Part shown: positions 1-8,985 of the stretch, one piece after another
How the letters are laid out: each line of letters opens with the position of its first letter
Numbering within the stretch: the stretch's first letter is position 1
Assembly: GCA_033344795.1 (NCBI GenBank)
Contig: JAWPMS010000001.1
Coordinates: 2,344,507 to 2,408,506, forward strand
Direction of reading: 5' to 3'
Length of the DNA: 64,000 bases
Source of the DNA: Acidimicrobiia bacterium
GTDB taxonomy: Bacteria; Actinomycetota; Acidimicrobiia; Acidimicrobiales; SHLQ01
Program-made: the position numbers and the translations under genes
Notes under the pieces: model-generated
Database searches by the model: none
What the model saw: the letters and a program-made list of their open reading frames with translations, nothing else
What the model was told of the DNA's origin: nothing

Positions 1-2
1 TC

Positions 3-1283
3 ATGCGCCAAAAATGGCGCGGAGGTCCCGTGCGTCACATCTTTATCGCCGCAGTTTGCACTCTGTGCGCCATAACTGCGCTACTCGCTTTGCCGCCGAT
101 CGGCGAACCTGACGCCTTGCTGGTCACCCAATCTGCGGGCGACCGACTGTCGGTCACGACGACCGAACCCCCGGTTTCGCCGCGCATGCTGATTTCGCCG
201 ACCTCGGCGCCATCGGCACCGGACAGCGACGTGAGCGTCCTTGGTGCAGTAGAACTACCGCTCGCAATAGATGACACCGATCTCTCGACCGAAACGAACC
301 GGTCCTTCGGCGGATCTGTCGCGGCGCTCGACAACCGCAGCGAGGCAACGGATGTCGACGTGACGACCACCGCGCCGACGACGACAACGACAACCTCGAC
401 CACCACCACCACGACGACTGCGGCCCCGGCCACCACAGCAGCACCGACGACGACGAGCGAACCCCCCGACGGTGAAGGAGGCGTTCTCATCAGTCCGCAG
501 GGCGTTGTCCTGCCGGTGATCGGCCCAGCAGCGACCGAAGGATGGCGCGCGCTGACGCCCTGCGGCAACGAGGTCACCACTTCGGAGGGTGAACGCGTGC
601 TCTCCGTCGACTTCGTCCTCGACCCCGGCCATGGTGGAAGCGAGGGCGGCGCGGCGGGCCCGAACGGCGCCACAGAGAAGGCGTTGAACCTTCGAGTTGC
701 CGAGATCGTCGAGTGGTATCTGGAGGAAGCGGGATACTCGGTGCTGCTCACCCGCCGAACTGACATTCGCATCCCACTCAAGTCGCGCGCCGACATCGCC
801 AACGCGCTCAATCCCCACGCGTTCGTCTCCATTCATCACAACGGGGGCGCCACGAGACCTCAGCCGGAACCCGGAACCGAGCTCTTCGTCGATGCTGGCA
901 ACCCCGAGTCGCGCCGTCTCGGAGGCATCCTGTTCGAGGAAATCACCGAGCGCCTGTCCGCCTATGAGGCGGACTGGGTTGGATCGTGGCGCAACGGAGT
1001 TTCCGCACGCCTGAACAGCGAGGGAGCCGACCTCTACGGTCTCCATCGATACACGCCTGGCATCGTGTCGGTCATCACCGAGGCGGGATATCTTTCCAAC
1101 GCATCGGAGGCTGAGCTCTACGCGGACAACGACGTGCAGTGGTCGCACGGGCGTGCCATCGCCGAGGGTCTGATGCGGTGGCATCGCACGAGTGACGCCG
1201 GTTCGGGTTATCTCGAGGATTTCGTCGACGATTCGTCGAGCGGAACAGGCGGTTTCGATGGGTGTGTCGACCCCAGCCTGTAG
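3..1283 (+). CDS. N-acetylmuramoyl-L-alanine amidase (Amidase_3 family), membrane-anchored, with Thr/Pro-rich linker
   Basis: 426-aa ORF. N-terminal hydrophobic anchor IFIAAVCTLCAITALLAL. TTTAPTTTTTTSTTTTTTTAAPATT linker. C-terminal half carries Amidase_3 hallmarks DPGHGG..GAAGPNG..EKALNL, FVSIHHNG, TEAGYLSN. Confidence 0.85.
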   Translation: MRQKWRGGPVRHIFIAAVCTLCAITALLALPPIGEPDALLVTQSAGDRLSVTTTEPPVSPRMLISPTSAPSAPDSDVSVLGAVELPLAIDDTDLSTETNRSFGGSVAALDNRSEATDVDVTTTAPTTTTTTSTTTTTTTAAPATTAAPTTTSEPPDGEGGVLISPQGVVLPVIGPAATEGWRALTPCGNEVTTSEGERVLSVDFVLDPGHGGSEGGAAGPNGATEKALNLRVAEIVEWYLEEAGYSVLLTRRTDIRIPLKSRADIANALNPHAFVSIHHNGGATRPQPEPGTELFVDAGNPESRRLGGILFEEITERLSAYEADWVGSWRNGVSARLNSEGADLYGLHRYTPGIVSVITEAGYLSNASEAELYADNDVQWSHGRAIAEGLMRWHRTSDAGSGYLEDFVDDSSSGTGGFDGCVDPSL

Positions 1284-1300
1284 CCAGCGCTACATGAAGT

Positions 1301-1777
1301 TCACTGCTGAAGAGTCCAGACGAGAACAACAAGTGCGATGAGACCCCGGCTGGTCCAAGCGGCGGTGCGCATCCAATTCGATCGCAGGAGGCGTTTGTGA
1401 GCGTCATCCGAGAATCCAGTGCTCAGAGCTTCGTGCGCGGGGATCGACGATCGAATCGTCACGCCGATCACCACGAGCTCGAGTAACCCGCCAGCGGTGG
1501 CCAACAGCCGCATCCAACCGGTGGGAGCGAAAACGAAGAGTCCGAGGACCGTGAGTCCCTCCACCAGCCATGGGGCAGCGATCAGGCGTCCCATGCCCAC
1601 CATGTGGGTTTGTTGAAAGCTGGAATAACGATCGGGGTCGATCGCAGAGAAGCTGGGATAGTGGATCAGCTGGATCGTCCAGATCAGTCCGACCAGAAAC
1701 CACGTCGCGGCACCGTGAAGGACGACGAGAGTCAGCCAGATTCCGGAGTCAGGGTCGACGTTCATCGGGCCGACCAC
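1301..1777 (-). CDS. small integral membrane protein (DUF1772-like, four hydrophobic segments)
   Basis: 158-aa ORF with four hydrophobic helices and the pattern LIHYPSF...Q..H typical of DUF1772-type proteins. Its start overlaps the stop of the upstream gene by 16 nt, suggesting an operon. Confidence 0.5.
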   Translation of the reverse strand: MVGPMNVDPDSGIWLTLVVLHGAATWFLVGLIWTIQLIHYPSFSAIDPDRYSSFQQTHMVGMGRLIAAPWLVEGLTVLGLFVFAPTGWMRLLATAGGLLELVVIGVTIRSSIPAHEALSTGFSDDAHKRLLRSNWMRTAAWTSRGLIALVVLVWTLQQ

Positions 1778-3117
1778 AAGCCGAGGTCACCGCCGGAGAT
1801 CCGCACCGCACCAAACTCGTCGTCGACGAGGTCGACCCAGACGCCGGTTTGGCCATCGATGGATCCTGACAGCACCATCGCCCGCGAATCGGGAGACCAC
1901 CAGCTCGACGAGTGGTTGTACTGGTCGGCGAATGGCAAGTACGAGGTCGCGAATTCCTGGCTGGGAATGAATGGCGTGAGCATCGACACCCCGTCGGGTG
2001 TTGCGACGAGCCACTGCAGGGTGTTGTTGCCCGCCTGCAACATCGCCAGGCTCGATCCATCGGGGCTCCACTGCATGGCGACGATCTGGCGTTCGTCCCT
2101 CGTCGTGACCTCACGAGTGTCGAGGTCGATGATCGAGACCTGGCCACTCGGAAGATCCGGTGGCTCGTCCGTCTGGAAGCCGATCACCTGTGATTGTGGT
2201 GGCTCGACGTCGATCACCAGCACAGCCACCTGCCCTTCGGTGGGGTTGTTGGTCGTGGCCACCGGACCCGAGCTGCGGCCGATGGCGTCCTGGCTCCCGT
2301 CTGCCCCGAGGAGCACGACATCGTTGAAGCCGTTTTGGAGCACGGCGACCACGACGTCGTCGGCTCCCTCATCTCCACCCGCCACCACGGCAGGTGTCTG
2401 AAATGCTCCGAGGGGACTCGCCAGAACACGCGGCGTGGGTGGCACCTCGCCAGAGGCATCAATGACCGTGAGGGTTGTCGTGCCGACCGCAGCAATGATC
2501 GAATCGTCGTCCAGCCAGTCGAAATAGAACGGTTGTCCGGTCGCTACCGCCCGCACTTCGGCACTCTCGGGGTCGGCCACGACGAATTCGATGCTGGCGG
2601 GTACGGGCCGAAGGGCGGCGATCCACGTGTCGTCGGGCGACCATGAAAGATAGAACGCTGGGCTGCTGACGGCGGCGCTCACGACGTTGGAGCCGTCAAC
2701 ATCGGCGACGAAGAACCTCGGACCATCGGTATCGATCGCTGTCCATGCCACACGGTCGCCGTTGCGCGAAAACGTCGGTTGGTTGAGGAGCGATTCTGCG
2801 CCGGATGCGAGTTCTTGTCGATCGTTTCCATCGGGCCGTACAACCACGAGACTTCCGTCGTCATCGCGCAGAACGATGGAGCCGTCGACATTTGCGAGAT
2901 CGTTGAGCGCAACCGGGGGGATTGTCGGCAACGTCGGCTGCGGCGAGTCGGGCTCGTTGTCGCCAGCTGGAGCCTCCGTCGTCTCCGGCATTCGCTCGTC
3001 GGCATCGACCGTGCCCGTCACCGTTGGTGCGCTCGTGGGTGCCGCCGGGCGCGTGCCGCCCGACGAGCACGCGCTCACAAGCAGAATTGAAATCGCGAAC
3101 CTCAGAAGCCGGTTCAG
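1762..3117 (-). CDS. lipoprotein with TolB-like/PD40 beta-propeller repeats; probable non-canonical (CTG/ATT) start
   Basis: The track ORF starts at GTG 3078 (MSACSS...). The in-frame upstream codons encode a textbook lipoprotein signal, NRLLRFAISILLVSAC. The body has repeated W(S/T)PDG-type propeller motifs (WSPDDTW, WSPDGSS, WSPDSRA). Confidence 0.6.
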   Translation of the reverse strand: MNRLLRFAISILLVSACSSGGTRPAAPTSAPTVTGTVDADERMPETTEAPAGDNEPDSPQPTLPTIPPVALNDLANVDGSIVLRDDDGSLVVVRPDGNDRQELASGAESLLNQPTFSRNGDRVAWTAIDTDGPRFFVADVDGSNVVSAAVSSPAFYLSWSPDDTWIAALRPVPASIEFVVADPESAEVRAVATGQPFYFDWLDDDSIIAAVGTTTLTVIDASGEVPPTPRVLASPLGAFQTPAVVAGGDEGADDVVVAVLQNGFNDVVLLGADGSQDAIGRSSGPVATTNNPTEGQVAVLVIDVEPPQSQVIGFQTDEPPDLPSGQVSIIDLDTREVTTRDERQIVAMQWSPDGSSLAMLQAGNNTLQWLVATPDGVSMLTPFIPSQEFATSYLPFADQYNHSSSWWSPDSRAMVLSGSIDGQTGVWVDLVDDEFGAVRISGGDLGLWSAR

Positions 3118-4460
3118 TTGAATGGATCCTCGTCTCTCGTGCGATTGAGGAACGTTTCTCTCGTCGGCCGGTTGCTCGAATCAGGGAAGCGGGCGATCAG
3201 TTCACGTGCCTGGTCTACCCATTGATCTCGTTCGATCCGGCCCGGGAACTCCATCAACGCATCGTCGACCCGTGCGACCCCTGACTCGTCGAGGCCCGCC
3301 AACTGTTCCCACGAGGTGATTCCGAGCGTTGCGAGGAGTTCTTCCATCCGTGGTCCGATGCCCCGGATCACCTTCAGGTCATCGATGTGGTCAGCGGAGG
3401 CGACACCAAGGGTCTCCACAGTCGCAAGGTTGCTGGTGGCGCTGACGGTTGTGTCGTCGGCGTGGTGCGCCTGATGTATTGCCTCGCCGGACTCCACATG
3501 TTCGCCCATGCTCGGGGCTGCGGCCTCGAGCGCTGCGATGCGCCGGTCGCGTTCGGCGAGGTCCACCCGAAGTTGACCGATGATCGCGGTGCTTCCGTTC
3601 TCGTCGTCGCGCGCCCGTTCCTCGAGCTCGCTCACGCGGGCGTGTGCCGCATCGAGATCGGCGGTGGCCGTCGAGAGTCGGGCGTCGAAATCGGCGATGC
3701 GGCTCTGTGAGACATCAAGTTCGGTTCGGGCCGCCTTGAGCGCCGCGTCGAGCTCTGCCGAAGTCGTTTGGGCCTCGTGAACCTGATCGGCGATCAGGGC
3801 GGCTGACGCAGCGCCCGACTCGAGCTCCTCGAGACGCGTGGTCTGGGCGGCGGCGGAATCACGCACGGCGGCGAACTCTGCCGACTTGGTGTCGAGCTCA
3901 GACTGCAGGACCTGGGTTTGCCTGGTCAGTTCCTTCAGCTCGCTCAACGCGCCTTCGAGCTCGGACTCGCGTTCTTCGACCGATTGCTCGAGCTGACTCC
4001 GACGAACAGCTCCATCCTCGAGTTCTTTGCGGAGACGATCGATCTCTTCGTCGAGCGCTTGCCGCTCTTCGTTGGAGGTGGTGGCCGCGAGCAGCTCCGC
4101 CTCGAGCGACGCGCTTCTCTCTCGGGCATCGACAAGCTCGCTATTGGCAATCTCGATATCCGCGGCCAGACCTTCGGCCTGATGTATTGCCAACGAAGCC
4201 TTGTCGTTCGCAACAGACACCTCATCGGTGAGCGTGTTCACCTGGTTTGCCAGTATCGAACGCTCGTTGTTGGCCTCCTCGTACGCCGCTCGTACGGCCG
4301 CCTCGTCGGCCTTGGCCTGATTGGCGTTGGCCGCGAGCTGGTTCCACTCGCTCGCATGAATGGTTCGTCGACGCCATCGCCAAAGGAACCAGCCGATGAG
4401 GACGCCCAAGCCAACCGCAAGAAGTAGCGGAATGAGGATCTCCGGTAGTACCCAAGTCAT
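3114..4460 (-). CDS. membrane-anchored coiled-coil protein with C-terminal helix-hairpin-helix-like domain
   Basis: 448 aa. N-terminal TM (ILIPLLLAVGLGVLIGWFLW), about 300 aa of Ala/Glu/Leu-rich coiled coil, C-terminal DDLKVIRGIGPRMEELLATLGITSWEQLA. GAAGGAG SD lies 9 nt before ATG 4460. Confidence 0.6.
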   Translation of the reverse strand: MTWVLPEILIPLLLAVGLGVLIGWFLWRWRRRTIHASEWNQLAANANQAKADEAAVRAAYEEANNERSILANQVNTLTDEVSVANDKASLAIHQAEGLAADIEIANSELVDARERSASLEAELLAATTSNEERQALDEEIDRLRKELEDGAVRRSQLEQSVEERESELEGALSELKELTRQTQVLQSELDTKSAEFAAVRDSAAAQTTRLEELESGAASAALIADQVHEAQTTSAELDAALKAARTELDVSQSRIADFDARLSTATADLDAAHARVSELEERARDDENGSTAIIGQLRVDLAERDRRIAALEAAAPSMGEHVESGEAIHQAHHADDTTVSATSNLATVETLGVASADHIDDLKVIRGIGPRMEELLATLGITSWEQLAGLDESGVARVDDALMEFPGRIERDQWVDQARELIARFPDSSNRPTRETFLNRTRDEDPFN

Positions 4461-4495
4461 GAGATGTGCTCCTTCAGGGAACGAGGGCGTGGCAT

Positions 4496-6037
4496 CTAGA
4501 AGCCCTCCTTGGCAAAGAACTCGACTCGTCGGTTCTGGAGTCGGCCTTCTTGCGTGCTGTTGTCGGCGAGGGGTTGCGTTTCACCAAATCCCACGGATCG
4601 AAGCCGCTCGGGGTCGATGCCCGAGGACGAGATGTAACCAACGACGGCATCCGCTCTTCGTTGCGAGAGATCCCGGTTGTATTCTTCTTCACCCTCGGAG
4701 TCGGTGTGACCGCCGGTCTCGACGACCGGTCGGGAATAACGATTCATCGCATCGACGACCTTGTCGAGGGTGACTTGTGCCGATGGAGCAAGCTCGTCGG
4801 AGTCGGTCGCGAACACCACGGTCTCTCGAATCTCGTCTTGGAGCGAGTCGAGCTCGGCTTGAAGGAGATCGATCTCTTCCTCGAGAGAGAGTTCGGGAGC
4901 TGGTGGAGGGACGACGCGCACTTCGCCGCCGGGACGAAGGTTGGCGGCACCGGTTGCCGCAACAGCAGTGGCCGTCGCTGCCTGCCCGGCCGAGTCCTCG
5001 GCTTCGCCGTTGACGGTGATGTCCGTATCGTTGATTGTGGCGTCGGCCGACGTCAAGTCATCGAATGTCGAGATCACCGACGCGAGAGCAGACACCCGCG
5101 CAGCAGATCCGGGAACGGCCTCGGGCAGGTCGGTGACCGCCAGGTTGTTGACCACGTTGATTGTGCCGACCACAGAAGACGACGCAACGGCGAGTTCGAG
5201 ATTCTGCTCCATGCTGAAGACCGTGCCGTTCAAAACGATTCGGGTGCCGTCGAAGACCACTGACACGTCAAGTGATTCCAACGTCGGTGGGGATGTCACG
5301 GTGACATCATCGCCGCTCACACCGTCGAGGAGTTCCGCGAACTCGGGCGAGGTGGCCGCGATCGTGCCAGTCACGGGTCCAGTGTCGCCGACGAGTAGCT
5401 CGGCCGTCTCGAAATAGCCGTTGAGCAATCCGCCCACCGCCGAGCTGAACTTCTTGATCTGGCCCGCTGCATCCGACGATGACGGCTCCAGTCCCGACAC
5501 CGTGATCGCGTCGGCCACGATCAAGCCGGTGGCGTCCGCGGCATTCAAGATCTCGTCCTTGTCGCTCTGCGAAGGAACGGAACCCGTAAGCGTCAGTGTG
5601 ATGCCGTCGGAACGAGCATCGAGCGCAATTGGGCCGAACAAGGGAGGGGGAGCGTCGCTGGCGGCGACGGTTGCCGTCCGGATGTCCGCGTTGTCGGGGC
5701 CGGTGCCACGCTCCAGGATCTGGACGAGCTCACCCCGGTCGGTGCCCAATGCCATCTTCCCCCCGACCTCAACATCGCGGTAGGTGGCATTGAACGTGAG
5801 ATTGGAGGTGTCGATTCCGGCGTCGATGAGCAGTTCCTCGGCGGCCTCCTCCACGTCTTCCTCGATGTGTTGCACGGCCCAAATCGTCGAGATGGCGAGA
5901 AACGGCAAGATGATGAGCGGAAGAATCCAGGCCCAGCGCCGGGATTCCCAAGGCATGAAACCCTGAGAGGTGCCCTCGAGCAGCGCGGGGCGGGTCCAGT
6001 CGACCGGTCCGTTCAGCTGTTCGGGGGTATTCGCCAT
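4496..6037 (-). CDS. OmpA/MotB-domain peptidoglycan-binding protein with N-terminal TM and BON-like repeats
   Basis: C-terminus GHTDSEGEEEYNRDLSQRRADAV...GFGETQPL...NRRVEFF is an OmpA_C-like domain. Start moved to ATG 6037 (MANTPEQ...) because GAGGAGGAG SD sits 5 nt upstream. The track ORF extends to 6082. Confidence 0.8.
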   Translation of the reverse strand: MANTPEQLNGPVDWTRPALLEGTSQGFMPWESRRWAWILPLIILPFLAISTIWAVQHIEEDVEEAAEELLIDAGIDTSNLTFNATYRDVEVGGKMALGTDRGELVQILERGTGPDNADIRTATVAASDAPPPLFGPIALDARSDGITLTLTGSVPSQSDKDEILNAADATGLIVADAITVSGLEPSSSDAAGQIKKFSSAVGGLLNGYFETAELLVGDTGPVTGTIAATSPEFAELLDGVSGDDVTVTSPPTLESLDVSVVFDGTRIVLNGTVFSMEQNLELAVASSSVVGTINVVNNLAVTDLPEAVPGSAARVSALASVISTFDDLTSADATINDTDITVNGEAEDSAGQAATATAVAATGAANLRPGGEVRVVPPPAPELSLEEEIDLLQAELDSLQDEIRETVVFATDSDELAPSAQVTLDKVVDAMNRYSRPVVETGGHTDSEGEEEYNRDLSQRRADAVVGYISSSGIDPERLRSVGFGETQPLADNSTQEGRLQNRRVEFFAKEGF

Positions 6038-6132
6038 GAATCTCCTCCTCGCCCGATGTGTCGAGGCGGCCCTGTCCGCCACCCCGCCAGCGTACGGTGA
6101 TTCTCTGGTCGGGGTTGGCTCAGGCGCACGGG

Positions 6133-7095
6133 CTAGCCGACGACAAGAAACTCGATTCGCCGATTGACCGCTCGACCCTCGTCGGTGATGTTCGGTTCGA
6201 GCGGTTTCGACTCGCCGAAGCCAACGCCGGTGAGCCGCGACTGATCGATTCCTCGTTGCGCCAATGCAAGGATCACCGCATCGGCACGTTCCTGGCTGAG
6301 TACCTCGTTGCGCACGTCGTCGCCATCGGAATCGGTGTGGCCGTGCACCTCGACTCGGAGTCCAGGTGCGCCGCTCAAGATGGTGGCCACCGAATCGACG
6401 ATGATCGATCCTTCGGGGGTGAGTGAGGCGCTTCCCGTTTCGAAGGTGATCTGACCAACCGATGAAAGCTGTTGTTGTACGCCGCCGGTCTGCTCTGCTG
6501 ACGAAGCGGCTGGCACGACGGCCCGCTCCTCGATCGCTCCGCCGACCACCACGACTCGATTGTCCACCCGTTGCGTGCCTTCTACCGATCGTGCGACGGC
6601 GCCGATCGAGGCCGCCGCCGTCGGATCAGCTGCTTGACCGTTGATGATGATCGTGCCGTCCTCTTCGGTGACGGTCAATCCGTCGAATCCGGCTCGCAAT
6701 TGAGCATCGTGCACAGCGACTGCAAGCTCGGACTGCTCGACCACCGCTGCTTCGTCGTCACTGGGTTCACCGATGGACCCCGAGCGAATTGCCATCCCGA
6801 TCACGAAGACGGCGCACAAGAAGAGAAGAAGTGGAATGAGGAACCGCGGGTCGGTCCACGAGCTGCCGGGCTCGGCGGGGGGAGGACGGGTTGGTTGCCG
6901 CGGACGTCGAGTCGGGCCCGGGCCACCGCGATCGAGATCATCGAGATCGAGTAAATCGATGTCATCAGGAGGCCGAACGGACATGAAAACACGGTACGGG
7001 CCGGCGATCAGGCGGTGGTGGACGCTCACGGCTGGGCCGTCGGAACCATCTCCTTGGGCTATCGGAATCGAATGTCCGATCGGCCCTTCTTTCAT
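6133..7095 (-). CDS. OmpA/MotB-domain peptidoglycan-binding protein
   Basis: C-terminus VHGHTDSDGDDVRNEVLSQERADAV...GFGESKPL...NRRIEFLV. One TM (FLIPLLLFLCAVFVIGMAI). The start is uncertain; ATG 6984 is an alternative. Confidence 0.75.
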   Translation of the reverse strand: MKEGPIGHSIPIAQGDGSDGPAVSVHHRLIAGPYRVFMSVRPPDDIDLLDLDDLDRGGPGPTRRPRQPTRPPPAEPGSSWTDPRFLIPLLLFLCAVFVIGMAIRSGSIGEPSDDEAAVVEQSELAVAVHDAQLRAGFDGLTVTEEDGTIIINGQAADPTAAASIGAVARSVEGTQRVDNRVVVVGGAIEERAVVPAASSAEQTGGVQQQLSSVGQITFETGSASLTPEGSIIVDSVATILSGAPGLRVEVHGHTDSDGDDVRNEVLSQERADAVILALAQRGIDQSRLTGVGFGESKPLEPNITDEGRAVNRRIEFLVVG

Positions 7096-7123
7096 CGGGA
7101 TCGACGCTCTACCTTCTTCATCA

Positions 7124-8149
7124 ATGGACCCCTTCGCGCTAGACGATCACGCTCAATTGGCCCTGGAAGTGGCCAAACACGCCGCACTTGCAAACGGTGA
7201 TTCCCGTTGTGGGACCGAGTATCTGCTGTACGGGCTCGTCGCCACGGCACGCGGGGACATGGTCGAGCTGATCGAGCTCTTTGCGCTCAACACGCTGCGG
7301 GTTGACAGAGCGATCGAGCGAATACTCGAAGCGCGGCCTGGCGCCGACCCCCTCGCTCCTCGTTCGCCTGATCTGACAGAGCGGGCCATCGCCGCGTTGT
7401 CAACGCCGCGGCTCGATGGCAAGGGCCCTACAGGGTCATTCGAATTGCTCCACGGATTGCTCCTCGATGACGAGTCAGGCGCTTGTGTGGTGTTGCGAGA
7501 TCTCGGGGTGCAACCCGAGGAAGCTCGCCGGCTCGTGAGCTACGGCATTCGCCACCTCTCTCGTCAGGAGATCGATGACCTGCTGGCCACGCTCGATCGT
7601 CGAGAGGGCGATCACCGGCCGTGGTGGGGACCCGACCCAGCAAGTCGGATCAGCTCGATCCGGACGCCGTTGCACGTTGCATCGAGCGATAGTGCTCGCA
7701 TCGATCTGACTGCCCTTGGGTCGGATGGTTCCGGACTCGGGTTCACACTTTCGATCCGGTCCTTGCGGACATGGGTTCTGCCTCCGAAATTCGCGCCGGA
7801 GGAAGCGTTGATCCCCGGGCTTGGAGCGCAATACAACGACGGACCTGACTTCTTCCTGTTGCAGCTCGTGCTGCCCGATGGCACGGTTCTCGACAACCGA
7901 TCGGTCGCGGACCGGTTCAGCGTGGCGCAACCCGAACTCCCTCGCCTCCTCCGTATTGGCCAACGCGACGAGCACATCAATCTGAACGATCGTCGTCAAC
8001 ATGATCAGCACGTGATCACCGGGGACTGGTGGGTTTGGCCGCAACCGACGGCGGGCCCCGTCGAGGTTCGCATCGACTGGCCAGCAGAAGCCGCGTCGGG
8101 CGCGGTCACCTTCGATCTCTCGATCCTCACCTCCGCAGAGAGAAGCTGA
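7124..8149 (+). CDS. Clp N-terminal (Clp_N repeat) domain protein
   Basis: From ATG 7124: MDPFALDDHAQLALEVAKHAALANGDSRCGTEYLLYGLV... and a second repeat LTERAIAALS...GSFELLHGLL. The track ORF from 6773 overlaps the divergent OmpA gene and was trimmed. Confidence 0.6.
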   Translation: MDPFALDDHAQLALEVAKHAALANGDSRCGTEYLLYGLVATARGDMVELIELFALNTLRVDRAIERILEARPGADPLAPRSPDLTERAIAALSTPRLDGKGPTGSFELLHGLLLDDESGACVVLRDLGVQPEEARRLVSYGIRHLSRQEIDDLLATLDRREGDHRPWWGPDPASRISSIRTPLHVASSDSARIDLTALGSDGSGLGFTLSIRSLRTWVLPPKFAPEEALIPGLGAQYNDGPDFFLLQLVLPDGTVLDNRSVADRFSVAQPELPRLLRIGQRDEHINLNDRRQHDQHVITGDWWVWPQPTAGPVEVRIDWPAEAASGAVTFDLSILTSAERS

Positions 8150-8193
8150 GCACCGAATTGCATGGATCGGCCCCTGTGGGACGTAAGATTTGA

Positions 8194-8562
<369 letters not shown>

Positions 8563-8574
8563 GAAGGAATCACC

Positions 8575-8931
8575 ATGGCCAAAGTCACGATCTACCACAA
8601 CCCACATTGAGGTTCGTCGAAGAACGCCTTGGCGGTCGCCGAGGATCTGGGTGTCGACCACGATGTCGTGCTCTATATGAAAGAACCGCCTGACGCGAAG
8701 ACCCTCAAAACAATCATTGCGGGCTTGGAAGATCCGGTAGAGGATCTCGTTCGCAAGGACAGCCAGTTCAAGAAGCTCGGGCTCGACGCAGACGACTACG
8801 TCGGCAATCCTGATGCCGTCATCGAGCTGCTGTCCCAGCGAAAGGCGCTGCTTCAGCGTCCGATCGTCGTCAAGGGCAAGAAAGCCATCATCGGACGACC
8901 GAAAGCTCGAATCCGAGAGTTTCTGAGCTAG
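8575..8931 (+). CDS. arsC: ArsC-family (glutaredoxin-type arsenate reductase-like) protein with in-frame TGA at the catalytic Cys position (selenocysteine candidate, or pseudogene)
   Basis: GAAGGA SD then ATG 8575. Reads MAKVTIYHNPH-TGA(8608-8610)-GSSKNALAVAEDLGV..VLYMKEPP..LVRKD..QRPIVV..IGRPK. The track only reports the portion from TTG 8629. The frame is continuous apart from the TGA. Confidence 0.6.
8627..8644 (+). promoter_or_regulatory. candidate bacterial SECIS-like hairpin downstream of the in-frame UGA
   Basis: CCUUGGC(8627-8633)-GGUC-GCCGAGG(8638-8644). A 7-bp stem (one G-U pair) with a G-rich tetraloop. The stem starts 19 nt after the U of UGA. Confidence 0.35.
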
Positions 8932-8985
8932 CCCGCCAGAGCCCGCCTTTGCGGCTGAGGCGATGCTGTTCTAACCATAGGGAGT

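Noticed and set aside
355-470. ACG/ACC-rich quasi-repeat (microsatellite-like) tract
   Set aside because: It is in frame and encodes the Thr/Pro/Ala-rich linker of the amidase. Similar linkers occur in other secreted proteins here (8986, 28301, 51711 genes). This is compositional, not a distinct element.
35-1184. 265-aa and 309-aa minus-strand ORFs opposite the amidase gene
   Set aside because: Antisense shadow frames. The amidase frame carries the Amidase_3 motifs.
6773-7123. 5' extensions of track ORFs (6773, 16480, 27529, 42505, 51354, 62571 starts)
   Set aside because: In each case the extension overlaps, or is antisense to, a well-supported neighbouring gene. A downstream start with SD and/or a family-typical N-terminus exists, so the starts were trimmed.
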